Source: an uncultured virus (IMG/VR IMGVR_UViG_3300037467_002622) | Lineage: Duplodnaviria > Heunggongvirae > Uroviricota > Caudoviricetes | Reading direction: 5' to 3' (one strand) | IMG/VR virus record: IMGVR_UViG_3300037467_002622 | DNA: 20,000 nt | Shown here: positions 1-7,507 of the stretch, in pieces | Position numbering within the stretch: the first letter of the stretch is position 1 | Layout of the letters: each line of letters starts with the position of its first letter | Made by a program: the position numbers and the translations under genes | The notes under the pieces: generated by a model | The model's input: the letters and a program-made list of their open reading frames with translations, nothing else | What the model was told of the DNA's origin: nothing | Databases searched by the model: none

Positions 1-2
1 AG

Positions 3-245
3 ATCGTCACGCGCCGGGCTGTGGCCGTCGTCGGCGAGGAGGAGAGTCGGAAGCACTACGAGCTGGAGGACCACCTGCGCGAGATCGCCGAGCTGATCGG
101 GCCGGACCGGGACACCGTCGGCTGGCTGATCCGCGAGGGCGATGAGCAGGGCGACATCCAGCGCTACGGCATCCGGCGCGGCAAGCTGGTCACCGAGAAG
201 GCCGACGTCCGCTGGCCGGACGGCTCGCTGGTCTACCGCAACTGA
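3..245 (+). CDS. Partial hypothetical protein (5' end outside window)
   Basis: Frame is open from the window edge (ATC GTC ACG CGC...) to TGA at 243-245, with GC3-rich codons, followed by a large hairpin. Confidence 0.7.
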   Translation: MVTRRAVAVVGEEESRKHYELEDHLREIAELIGPDRDTVGWLIREGDEQGDIQRYGIRRGKLVTEKADVRWPDGSLVYRN

Positions 246-257
246 CCCTGAACACAA

Positions 258-311
258 CGAACCCCCGCGCGGAGAGCACTGTCCTAGGGAGACAGATCCG
301 GCGGGGGTTCG
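258..311. terminator. Probable bidirectional intrinsic terminator between convergent genes
   Basis: CGAACCCCCGC (258-268) pairs with GCGGGGGTTCG (301-311), with a nested CTGTC/GACAG stem. Confidence 0.65.
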
Positions 312-358
312 CTGCGTAGAAGCGGGCCCCTAACCCACGCAGGTCAGGGTACCTCGGG

Positions 359-886
359 TCAGGCCTGCTTGCGGGCCTCGCCCTCGGTGATGTTCACGGT
401 CGCGATGTCGCCCGCGACGACGTCCACCGCGTGGGTGATCGTCAGCTCGCCGAGGGTGATCGTGCCGACCGCCGAGCCCGGCATCCCGGCGACGACCGTG
501 GCCTTGCGCGGGTCTTCGTTGAACGTCCGGTAGGTGAAGACGCTCTCGTCCGAGCTGGTGAACGTCGGGTTGTCGGTGTCGTCACCGACGCGGTCGAGGA
601 CCTCCGCGCCCTTCGCGTCGGCGGCGGTGAGGACGATGTCGAACTCTTCGTCGTCGTGGATCTGGGCCATGGCGCTACCAGCCTTTCCGGTGGGTTCCAG
701 GGTGTTCTGCTTCACGATGGGGCCGAAGGTCACCGACGCCGTAGCCGGGCCGGTGAGGAAGGCGTAGAAGCGGACCGCCGTGGCGAGTACCGCGTTCCTG
801 CTCTCCTCGAACTGCACGTCACCGAACGACTCGGCGTGCAGCTTCACGGCCTCGGTCAGGGCCAGCGCCCGTTCCGGGTTCACCAT
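359..886 (-). CDS. Hypothetical protein, C-terminal Ig-like (Big_2-like) beta domain (175 aa)
   Basis: ATG at 886 (MVNPERAL...) follows a GAGGGGG RBS-like sequence. The C-terminal FTSSDESVFT...ATVVAGMPGSAVGTITL resembles the W/F-xSSDxxV Ig-like pattern. This is the only well-supported minus-strand gene. Confidence 0.65.
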   Translation of the reverse strand: MVNPERALALTEAVKLHAESFGDVQFEESRNAVLATAVRFYAFLTGPATASVTFGPIVKQNTLEPTGKAGSAMAQIHDDEEFDIVLTAADAKGAEVLDRVGDDTDNPTFTSSDESVFTYRTFNEDPRKATVVAGMPGSAVGTITLGELTITHAVDVVAGDIATVNITEGEARKQA

Positions 887-952
887 GCTGGCGTTGCCCC
901 CTCGGTTCCTGAGCGATGCTCGAACGATCGACAGCCTAGCTGGCCGGGGGAC

Positions 953-982
953 TTGCGACATCCCTACCCATTCGGGTAGTGT
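953..982 (+). promoter_or_regulatory. SigA-type promoter with palindromic operator CTACCCATTCGGGTAG (964-979)
   Basis: -35 TTGCGA (953-958), 18-bp spacer, -10 TAGTGT (977-982). Extended RBS CCGCACCGGAGG at 993-1004. Confidence 0.75.
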
Positions 983-1011
983 TAGGGGACCACCGCACCG
1001 GAGGAGGCCAC

Positions 1012-1749
1012 ATGGGCTGCGACATCCACATCTACGTCGAGAAGAAGATCGGCGACACCTGGTACCCGCTCACCCCGCCCCAGCACAACCCGTACTACGA
1101 GCCCGGCGACGAGGAAGAGGGCGGTCCCTGGAGCCAGCCGCTGACCCTCGACCACCGCGACTACGACATCGGCCGGAACTACCGGGTCTTCTCGATGCTC
1201 GCGGGTGTGCGTAACGGCCACGGCTTCGCGGGGATCAAGACCGGCGAGCCGATCACCCCGATCTCCGAGCCGCGCGGCCTGCCGGACGATGTCTGCGCCG
1301 AGATCAAGGAGATCTCCGACGCCTGGGACATCGACGGCCACAGCCACTCGCACTTCACGCTGGCCGAGCTGGACGCGGTGCCCTGGAAGCAGAACGAGAT
1401 CCACAGCTGCGGCTGGGTCGACGCGGCGCAGTTCCAGGTCTGGGAGAAGGAGGGCCAGCCCCAGCAGTGGTGCGGCGACATGACCGGCGACTCGGTCGTG
1501 AAGATCCCCAACGACGAGATGCGGGCCATGCTCGCGCTCGAAGGGGCCGACCTGGAGCTGCCGGACAACCCCTACTTCGGGTTCGCGAAGCTCAACGGGA
1601 CCACGTTCCTCACCCAGGTCGAGTGGTCGAACAGCTGGGCCGAGATCGCCGGAGAGCTGCTGGCCAGCATGGAGAAGCTGCGCGCGGCAGGCGCCGCCGA
1701 GGGCTTCGGGCCGGGCCAGCTCCGGTACACCTTCTGGTTCGACAACTGA
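1012..1749 (+). CDS. Conserved phage hypothetical protein (MGCDIH...RNY...GVRN...PRGLP...HSHS...FWFDN type, 245 aa)
   Basis: ATG 1012 follows the extended RBS. The motif string is one I recognise from widespread phage hypotheticals. Confidence 0.85.
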   Translation: MGCDIHIYVEKKIGDTWYPLTPPQHNPYYEPGDEEEGGPWSQPLTLDHRDYDIGRNYRVFSMLAGVRNGHGFAGIKTGEPITPISEPRGLPDDVCAEIKEISDAWDIDGHSHSHFTLAELDAVPWKQNEIHSCGWVDAAQFQVWEKEGQPQQWCGDMTGDSVVKIPNDEMRAMLALEGADLELPDNPYFGFAKLNGTTFLTQVEWSNSWAEIAGELLASMEKLRAAGAAEGFGPGQLRYTFWFDN

Positions 1750-1800
1750 TCTTCCTTCATCCGGGATCCCCCACGCTGCTGGAACAGCGTCCCGGAGGTT

Positions 1801-1840
1801 GAGGGCCCGCGTCTGCTTGGGCGAGACGGCGCGGGCCCTC
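1801..1840 (+). terminator. Hairpin/terminator immediately upstream of the next promoter
   Basis: GAGGGCCCGCG (1801-1811) pairs with CGCGGGCCCTC (1830-1840). Confidence 0.6.
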
Positions 1841-1847
1841 CCGCTAC

Positions 1848-1876
1848 TTGCGCAGCACTACCCGATCGGGTAGGGT
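1848..1876 (+). promoter_or_regulatory. SigA-type promoter with perfect palindrome CTACCCGATCGGGTAG (1858-1873)
   Basis: -35 TTGCGC, 17-bp spacer, -10 TAGGGT. CCGCACCGGAGG at 1896-1907. Confidence 0.78.
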
Positions 1877-1915
1877 GGGCTCTACCAACAACGGACCGCA
1901 CCGGAGGTCAAGATC

Positions 1916-2281
1916 ATGAGCGTGGACTTCAGCGTCGAGAGCACCACCTTCGACCACGACCCCGTCTGGGAGGCCGCGCCCAGCATGAACCTGGCGAACG
2001 GCAACGCGGGCTCGCTCCTGGAGGTGCTCGGTTTCCCGACCGACCCGTGGAACCTGCCGGAGGACTTCGAGTTCCCGACGGGCCACGACATGCTCGGCCG
2101 GGTGCTGCTCGCCCTCGGTGTCGCGCCGAAGGACGAGGGGATGGACTGGGTGCCGGACGCGGAGAACCCGCGCTGGCAGGGCAACCTGCGCCGGTCCGGC
2201 TACACCCAGGACAAGCTCAGCGAGATGCACGCGCTCGCGGAGTACGCGATCGCCCACGACCGCCGGATCACCTGGGGCTGA
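1916..2281 (+). CDS. Hypothetical protein (121 aa)
   Basis: ATG follows the extended RBS; strong codon bias; terminator follows. Confidence 0.85.
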   Translation: MSVDFSVESTTFDHDPVWEAAPSMNLANGNAGSLLEVLGFPTDPWNLPEDFEFPTGHDMLGRVLLALGVAPKDEGMDWVPDAENPRWQGNLRRSGYTQDKLSEMHALAEYAIAHDRRITWG

Positions 2282-2287
2282 TCAACC

Positions 2288-2319
2288 GGCCGGGACGGAT
2301 TCACCGTCCCGGCCTTCTT
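2288..2319 (+). terminator. Intrinsic terminator
   Basis: GGCCGGGACGG/CCGTCCCGGCC 11-bp stem followed by TTCTT. Confidence 0.7.
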
Positions 2320-2336
2320 CCTGAAAGGATCCGCCC

Positions 2337-2552
2337 ATGATCGCCATCAACATCATCTTCGACGGCCCGCCCGGACCGGATGGTCCGCGTTTCGTCGAGG
2401 TCGAGGACGACCAGGGCAACAGCATCCGGATCGGCGACTGGGCCGAGTACCAGCCCGAGGGCTACGAGCACGAGGGGTTCTGGAAGCTCCGGATCTCCCT
2501 GGCCGAGCTGAAGGCGCTGGACGCTACCACCGAATTGCCCGAGGAGTGCTGA
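2337..2552 (+). CDS. Small phage hypothetical protein (IIFDGPPGP..RFVEVED type, 71 aa)
   Basis: RBS AAAGGA upstream; TGATG coupling to the next gene. Confidence 0.8.
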   Translation: MIAINIIFDGPPGPDGPRFVEVEDDQGNSIRIGDWAEYQPEGYEHEGFWKLRISLAELKALDATTELPEEC

Positions 2553-2836
2553 TGACGAACGTCGTGGGGTTCGCCTGGCGGACCGAGGACTACTGCCCGC
2601 GCTGCACGCTGGAGGCCATGGGGATGGCGACCACCGGCCCCGTGCGCTACGGCGCGGTCCTGGAGAGTGAGATCGATCTCTGGGCCGAGGAGAACGGCCT
2701 CACGCACATGCGCGAGACCACCGAGGTCCCCCAGCCGATCCTCGACACCGACGACGCGCTGGACAACGACGGGCGCCCGCGTACCTGCTGCCGGTGCCAC
2801 GAGCAGCTGATCGAAATCGACGAGGAGCAATCATGA
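2552..2836 (+). CDS. Hypothetical protein with CxxC...CxxC (putative Zn-binding, 94 aa)
   Basis: ATG overlaps the upstream stop; RBS GAGGAG; CPRC and CCRC motifs. Confidence 0.78.
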   Translation: MTNVVGFAWRTEDYCPRCTLEAMGMATTGPVRYGAVLESEIDLWAEENGLTHMRETTEVPQPILDTDDALDNDGRPRTCCRCHEQLIEIDEEQS

Positions 2837-3297
2837 TCGAAGTAGTGCTGGCCGCCGACGCGGTGGTCTTCCACGAGGACGGCGACTTCCGCTACTCGCT
2901 GTTGCTGATCCAGCGCCAGGACGACGGCTCCTGGGCCCTACCGGGCGGCTGCGTGGAGGTGGACCTCTACGAGCCGGTCGAGGACGCCTGCGAGCGTGAG
3001 CTGGCCGAGGAGACCGGCCTGGTGGTCCCGTTCGCGAGCAACAACTGGATCCCGCTGTTGCCGCGCTCGGCGCCGGACCGCGACCCCCGTGGCCGGTACG
3101 TCAGCTTCCCCTTCACCCTGCTGCTGACCGGCCAGCGGCCGCCGGTGCGGGGCGCGGACGACGCCCTGGTGGCCGAATGGGTGCCGCTGCACGAGGTGGA
3201 GCTGGACGATCTGGCCTTCGACCACGGCGACATCGTGCGCGCGGCCGCGCTGAGCCACGGCCTGAGCCACCTCACCTGGAAGACGGGGCTTGTGTGA
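2833..3297 (+). CDS. Nudix hydrolase, ADP-ribose pyrophosphatase/NrtR-like (154 aa)
   Basis: WALPGG..E....E....ACERELAEETGL Nudix box, plus RDPRGRYVS, DDA..AEW and LAFDHGDI motifs; ATGA coupling. Confidence 0.92.
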   Translation: MIEVVLAADAVVFHEDGDFRYSLLLIQRQDDGSWALPGGCVEVDLYEPVEDACERELAEETGLVVPFASNNWIPLLPRSAPDRDPRGRYVSFPFTLLLTGQRPPVRGADDALVAEWVPLHEVELDDLAFDHGDIVRAAALSHGLSHLTWKTGLV

Positions 3298-3318
3298 CCC
3301 TACCCGTTCGGGTAGTAT
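3290..3318 (+). promoter_or_regulatory. SigA-type promoter with palindrome CTACCCGTTCGGGTAG (3300-3315)
   Basis: -35 TTGTGT, 17-bp spacer, -10 TAGTAT. CCGCACCGGAGG at 3340-3351. Confidence 0.75.
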
Positions 3319-3360
3319 CTTCTTCATCGACACCGAGCCCCGCACCGGAGGAGGCCCCCG

Positions 3361-3525
3361 ATGAAGAGCATCCCGCTGATCGACGGCGACGAGGTCGACG
3401 CCCTGGCCCCGGCCCGCAAGCGCTCGACCTACCGCCCCGGCGTCCGCAAGGCGATCAAGGGCAAGATCGCGCGCCGGGGTCGCCACGCGGCGCGCCGGGA
3501 CCTCCGTCAGGGCCGCTTCGAGTGA
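3361..3525 (+). CDS. Small basic protein (54 aa, MKSIPLIDGDEVDALAPARKRSTYRPGVRKAIKGKIARRGRHAARRDLRQGRFE); not in the ORF track
   Basis: Translated by hand. It has its own promoter, extended RBS and terminator. Confidence 0.82.
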   Translation: MKSIPLIDGDEVDALAPARKRSTYRPGVRKAIKGKIARRGRHAARRDLRQGRFE

Positions 3526-3530
3526 CCGTC

Positions 3531-3553
3531 AGCCCCCGCTCCGGCGGGGGCTT
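3531..3553 (+). terminator. Intrinsic terminator
   Basis: AGCCCCCGC-TCCG-GCGGGGGCT. Confidence 0.65.
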
Positions 3554-3570
3554 CCCACTGAGGAGACATC

Positions 3571-3939
3571 GTGTCCACCAACTTCTACCTGCACCGCGAT
3601 CCGCAGAACTGTGGCGAGTGCGGCAAGCCCGGCCGCGAGGCCGAGATCCACATCGGCAAGCGCTCGGGCGGCTGGGTCTTCGTCTGGCAGGGCTTCAACG
3701 GAGGGGACATCCCCGACGTCCCCGCACTGTTCGACGAGTCCACCTGGCACAAGTTCCTCTTGACCGAGGTCAGCCAGGGCGCCCAGATCAAGGACGAGTA
3801 CGGCCAGAAGTACACGTCGGAGGGCTTCCTCATCCAGGTCGCCGAGCAGCGCGGCTTGAAGCGCCAGAGCGTGGAGTACCCGGACGCGGGCTTCGCGCCG
3901 GTCGGCCCGGACGAGGTGCACTACGGGACGTGGTTCTGA
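3571..3939 (+). CDS. Conserved phage hypothetical protein (TNFY...HIGKRSGGW...DEYG type, 122 aa)
   Basis: GTG start after GAGGAG; CxxC motif; TGATG coupling. Confidence 0.82.
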   Translation: MSTNFYLHRDPQNCGECGKPGREAEIHIGKRSGGWVFVWQGFNGGDIPDVPALFDESTWHKFLLTEVSQGAQIKDEYGQKYTSEGFLIQVAEQRGLKRQSVEYPDAGFAPVGPDEVHYGTWF

Positions 3940-4271
3940 TGCGCACCGTGATCCGGATCCTCGACGCCGAGCTGGACGGGCTCCGGCTGGACTGCGAGGA
4001 CACCGCGCGTGTGCATGTCTGGTGCACGACGCCCGGGTCCCGGCGGGCCTTCCTGACCTCCGGCGAGCCGCTCATGGAGTTCATGGCCTGGGCGCCGGAG
4101 GACTACAGCTCGGCGAACGTGGCCAGCCTGGTCGGCCTGCGGTTCATGGCCGAGTTCGACGAGCCCGCCGCCGAGCCTCCGCCGGGCGAGCGGATCGAGC
4201 TGCGCAACATCTCGTTCCCCAGCCCGATCCCGGCCAACTGGCTCTCCGGCTCCAGCGTGGAGGAGGCATGA
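3939..4271 (+). CDS. Hypothetical protein (110 aa, MRTVIRILDAEL...)
   Basis: Overlaps neighbours by TGATG and ATGA; 3' part of the listed 364-aa ORF. Confidence 0.72.
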   Translation: MRTVIRILDAELDGLRLDCEDTARVHVWCTTPGSRRAFLTSGEPLMEFMAWAPEDYSSANVASLVGLRFMAEFDEPAAEPPPGERIELRNISFPSPIPANWLSGSSVEEA

Positions 4272-4759
4272 CGAAGAAGCAGGGTCGCGGCGACCGCCTG
4301 AAGTACGCCGCCTCGATCGCCGGATTCGCCGCGCTCGGCGGCATCCCGCTGTCCGCCTGCGATGGTGCCTGGGACACCGCCAGCGCGCCGGATGCGCAGT
4401 ACGGCCTGGTCTGCGTCTCGCACGACACCGGCAACCGCGTGGACGACGACCAGTGCCCCGAGGACCGGATCGGCGACGACGGGTTCTACGACGGCGGCCC
4501 GCACGGGTCGTACGCGACCTGGTACCCGATCATCTCGACCTACGACGTCCCGGCCGTCGGCGCGCATGTGAACAACACCCCGCCGCTGCGGGTGGCCAAG
4601 GGCGCTCCGATCGCGCGCGGCGTGCCGACGACGGGCGCCTCGGCGAAGTCCGGCGGCATGACCTCGATCCAGCGCGGTGGCTTCGGTGTGAAGTCGGGCT
4701 CCGTCGGTGGCAAGGCCGGAGCGGGTGCGGCGGCCAAGGGCGGAAGCGGAGGCAGCTGA
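4268..4759 (+). CDS. Putative lipoprotein with Gly-rich RGGFG tail (DUF1190/YgiB-like, 163 aa)
   Basis: Basic N-terminus, hydrophobic stretch and lipobox LSAC; CV...RVDDDQC; C-terminal IQRGGFG followed by a G/A/S/K tail. Confidence 0.72.
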   Translation: MTKKQGRGDRLKYAASIAGFAALGGIPLSACDGAWDTASAPDAQYGLVCVSHDTGNRVDDDQCPEDRIGDDGFYDGGPHGSYATWYPIISTYDVPAVGAHVNNTPPLRVAKGAPIARGVPTTGASAKSGGMTSIQRGGFGVKSGSVGGKAGAGAAAKGGSGGS

Positions 4760-4787
4760 TGGAGGGGGAGAAGGGCGAGGACTCGTC

Positions 4788-5165
4788 ATGACCGTCTCGA
4801 CGCAGCCGCATATGCGACTGGAGGGTGAGATCCCGGTCCCCTGCGGCTGCCAGCTGGGTTACCACCATCACCCCGATGGGGCGCCCTTGATCGAGCACCA
4901 CGAGGACGGCGAGGTCATCCGAGACCTGGGCCGTCACCCGTACTGCGTGGGCGTGTGCAAGTACTGGGGCACGCCGACCGAGGAGTTCGACTTCCGGCTG
5001 GTGACCGGCGCCCGGCTCTCCGAGCGTCGCGTCGCAACCGGCTACGAGATCACCGACTACACCGTCCCCGAGGCTCCCACCGTCTCGTGGGACAACGATC
5101 CCATCTCGGCCTGCGAGAAGGTGGGACTCGTCCGCCTGGCCGTCTGGAAGCGAAAGGAGCGGTGA
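4788..5165 (+). CDS. Hypothetical protein, Cys/His-rich (125 aa)
   Basis: ATG after GAGGA; good codon bias. Confidence 0.7.
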   Translation: MTVSTQPHMRLEGEIPVPCGCQLGYHHHPDGAPLIEHHEDGEVIRDLGRHPYCVGVCKYWGTPTEEFDFRLVTGARLSERRVATGYEITDYTVPEAPTVSWDNDPISACEKVGLVRLAVWKRKER

Positions 5166-5170
5166 CGCTC

Positions 5171-5509
5171 ATGGACCCCCTAACCCTCATCGTCGGCGCG
5201 CTGCTCGCGCTCGTGTTCTTCGCCCTCGGGCGCATGAGCGGGCGTCGGCAGGCGATCGCCAGTGGACAGGCTCCACCGCCGCCACCGAAGCCCATCTGCG
5301 GTTGCACGCACGGCCTGCACGAGCACGACCTGGAGGGCGGCAAGTGCCACGCCGAGATCAAGAAGTGGGCGGGCCAGCACCGCGACAAGCGCGGTGAGCT
5401 GTGGGACAACTACAAGTTCGTCACATGCGGCTGCCGTCGGTACACCGGCCCGATCCCGGCCGAGGAGTACCTGGCCCAGCAGCTGCTCCCGCCGGTTGAG
5501 GGGGTCTGA
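5171..5509 (+). CDS. Membrane-anchored Cys/His (putative Zn-binding) protein, paralog 1 (112 aa)
   Basis: N-terminal TM helix, Pro linker, CGCxHxxxxH..GKCH...CxCxxYxGP. Confidence 0.82.
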   Translation: MDPLTLIVGALLALVFFALGRMSGRRQAIASGQAPPPPPKPICGCTHGLHEHDLEGGKCHAEIKKWAGQHRDKRGELWDNYKFVTCGCRRYTGPIPAEEYLAQQLLPPVEGV

Positions 5510-5511
5510 TC

Positions 5512-5829
5512 ATGGAGACCCTCATCCTGCTCGGCGGCTCGGCGGGCGTCGGCACGATCCTCTTCGTCGTCGGCTTCCTGCTCGGCCGCGTCAGCCCGAA
5601 ACCCGTATCGCGGCCGCCCCAGCCGGTCTGCGGCTGCGACCACGGTCTCAACATGCACGGGACCGACGGCAAGTGCCACGAGATCGACATGATCCCCGTG
5701 AACTGGGACACCTACGGTCGCGCGAACCAGTGGAACGAATACCCCTGCACCTGCCAGAAGTACGTCGGCCCGAAGCCGGTCGAGGAACTGTTCACCACCC
5801 CGATCCTGCCGCCGGAGGTCCAGTCATGA
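5512..5829 (+). CDS. Membrane-anchored Cys/His (putative Zn-binding) protein, paralog 2 (105 aa)
   Basis: Same architecture and motifs as the preceding gene. Confidence 0.85.
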   Translation: METLILLGGSAGVGTILFVVGFLLGRVSPKPVSRPPQPVCGCDHGLNMHGTDGKCHEIDMIPVNWDTYGRANQWNEYPCTCQKYVGPKPVEELFTTPILPPEVQS

Positions 5830-5981
5830 GACTGATCGAGATCGACTGGGACCCGGAGGCCCACTGGTACACCGTGCGGGCCCGAGCTGACGAGAGCCAG
5901 CCCTGGGGCCATTTCGACGGCCCCGAGGAGGACGTGGACATCCTGCTGTCGCTGGCCCGGGACACGATGACCGGCGGCTGA
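5826..5981 (+). CDS. Small acidic hypothetical protein (51 aa, MRLIEIDWDPEAHW...)
   Basis: ATGA overlap; RBS GGAGG. Confidence 0.68.
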   Translation: MRLIEIDWDPEAHWYTVRARADESQPWGHFDGPEEDVDILLSLARDTMTGG

Positions 5982-5988
5982 TGTAGCC

Positions 5989-6054
5989 CTATCCGATCGG
6001 GCAGGTTGTGACGATCACCGGGCTGGACAGCCGCACTACCCGTTCTGATATGGT
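5989..6054 (+). promoter_or_regulatory. Two degenerate operator copies (5989-6004 CTATCCGATCGGGCAG; 6036-6051 CTACCCGTTCTGATAT) and a probable promoter
   Basis: -10 TATGGT (6049-6054) sits in the same register as in the other copies. The -35-like TGGACA (6024-6029) gives a long 19-bp spacer. Confidence 0.5.
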
Positions 6055-6060
6055 GGTGGA

Positions 6061-6123
6061 GCAGTTGGCGATCAGGTCGTAGTCAGGGCCCCCGGCCCAG
6101 GGTGCAACTCAGTCGACAGCTGC
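6061..6123 (+). ncRNA. Candidate small structured RNA
   Basis: GCAGTTGGCGA (6061-6071) pairs with TCGACAGCTGC (6113-6123) around an internal GGGCC/GGCCC hairpin. It starts at the expected TSS, is followed by a terminator and has no RBS-led ORF. Confidence 0.45.
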
Positions 6124-6128
6124 AACCT

Positions 6129-6172
6129 GAAACCCCCGGTCACACCTCCTAGAGGATGTGGTCGGGGGTTTC
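6129..6172 (+). terminator. Strong intrinsic terminator
   Basis: GAAACCCCCG...CGGGGGTTTC with inner CACA/TGTG and CCTC/GAGG pairing. Confidence 0.72.
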
Positions 6173-6258
6173 TGGCGTTCGTAACGGTCTCGCCCACTTT
6201 CCCCGGAATCTCGCGATAGCCGTGCGAGAGACAGCCGAGATCAAGGTGTGCTTGCGCC

Positions 6259-6277
6259 CTACCCGTTTGGGTAGTAT
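6259..6277 (+). promoter_or_regulatory. Palindrome CTACCCGTTTGGGTAG (6259-6274) with -10 TAGTAT
   Basis: Motif copy; the -35 is weak at standard spacing. CCGCACTGGAGG at 6303-6314. Confidence 0.7.
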
Positions 6278-6320
6278 CGTCGACTCCATCACGGATCCCC
6301 TGCCGCACTGGAGGCGCCTG

Positions 6321-7013
6321 ATGTGGGACATCATCCTCGACATCTTCCTGTTCATCGCGGGGCTGGCCATCGGCCGCGTTTACGCCCTGATCGCCGTCGC
6401 TGCTTGGCGGGCTTTCACCGCCCGGAACCTCGACCGCGTGCGCGTGGGGGCCGATGTGGTTGCCCTGCTCTGGCCGGTCAGCACGCCGGTGCTGAAGGTC
6501 TACGACCTCGTCACGACCAGCGGTGAGAACGTCTTCATGAGCGACGAGACCTACGGCCATGTTGTCCGGAACACGGCCTACGCGTCCGAGCGCGACCGCG
6601 AGGCCGCGATCGCGCAGGCGCACGCCGAGTGGCAGGCCCGGGTGAACTACTTCTACGCGCTGGGCGCCAAGGCCGAGGAGGCCGGAGACTGGCTGGCCGG
6701 AGAGCGCGTCGCCGAGAACCTCGACTTCTTGCTGGAGACGGAGCCACCCAAGCCCAAGGTGGAGGCGGTCAGCGTCACGTCGGCGAAGCCCCCGGCCATC
6801 AAGGTCGAGCGCAAGGTCAAGAAGGCCGACATGGAAGAGCTGTGGACCCGGATCGAGCGCAAGGCCGAGATCTACCGGCGTGAGACCGTCCGTCCCGAGA
6901 CCTACTTCTGCAACGTCTGCACCGGGGAGCTGAAGGCGGCGAAGTTCGAGTTGTGGAAGGTCGCCGGGATCTGCGACCCCTGCTTCACCGAGATCCACAA
7001 GGGAGACCAGTGA
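6321..7013 (+). CDS. Membrane protein with C-terminal CxxC...CxxC (230 aa)
   Basis: ATG follows the extended RBS; hydrophobic N-terminus; CNVC and CDPC motifs. Confidence 0.8.
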   Translation: MWDIILDIFLFIAGLAIGRVYALIAVAAWRAFTARNLDRVRVGADVVALLWPVSTPVLKVYDLVTTSGENVFMSDETYGHVVRNTAYASERDREAAIAQAHAEWQARVNYFYALGAKAEEAGDWLAGERVAENLDFLLETEPPKPKVEAVSVTSAKPPAIKVERKVKKADMEELWTRIERKAEIYRRETVRPETYFCNVCTGELKAAKFELWKVAGICDPCFTEIHKGDQ

Positions 7014-7282
7014 GTACTGATCGTTTCTGCAATGCGGTGAGCCGAAAGGGGCTGCTCTGCGACTTCCGCGAGCACCCCGGCCAGGTCCACTGGACCTGGA
7101 TCAACGGCTGGCCGACGCCGTGGATGTTGATCCCCGAGCCCTGGCGCAACCAAGCCGCCAACGAAGACCCCCTGCGAGACGCGCCCGGCGCCTTGCGTGA
7201 GATCGATCTGGGAGCCCGAGATGACGACCGCCGAGGTTTGTCCGAACCCCAAGACCCACTACCCGACCCAGGGACACGCTGA
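7010..7282 (+). CDS. Hypothetical protein (90 aa, Cys/His/Trp-rich N-half)
   Basis: GTGA coupling with RBS AAGGGAG. The 62-bp overlap with the next gene lowers confidence. Confidence 0.5.
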   Translation: MSTDRFCNAVSRKGLLCDFREHPGQVHWTWINGWPTPWMLIPEPWRNQAANEDPLRDAPGALREIDLGARDDDRRGLSEPQDPLPDPGTR

Positions 7283-7487
7283 AGCGGTCCTGGAGCGGAT
7301 CCTGAGAGACCCGGACCCGTGGCGAGACCACAACCCCTGCCGGGTGATCGAGTGCGAGCACTGTGACGACTGGGTGCTCACCAGCCTGAAGAAGAGCCCG
7401 AAGCGCGAACAGCCGTTGGTCAGGCGCAAGCCCGCTCAGCGCGGCCGCCGGAGCTGGTCCGGCGGCGGTCGCAAGACGAAGTTCTGA
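7221..7487 (+). CDS. Small Zn-finger-like phage protein with basic tail (88 aa)
   Basis: C..K..Y.T...A...R..EC..C..W.LTS pattern; RBS GGGAG. Confidence 0.72.
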   Translation: MTTAEVCPNPKTHYPTQGHAEAVLERILRDPDPWRDHNPCRVIECEHCDDWVLTSLKKSPKREQPLVRRKPAQRGRRSWSGGGRKTKF

Positions 7488-7507
7488 GACGAGACGAGGA
7501 GACCGAG

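Noticed and set aside
6050..6082. 10-codon ORF (MVVEQLAIRS) as an attenuator leader peptide
   Set aside because: The ATG lies inside the predicted -10 box, there is no RBS and no run of regulatory codons, and the downstream gene has its own promoter motif.
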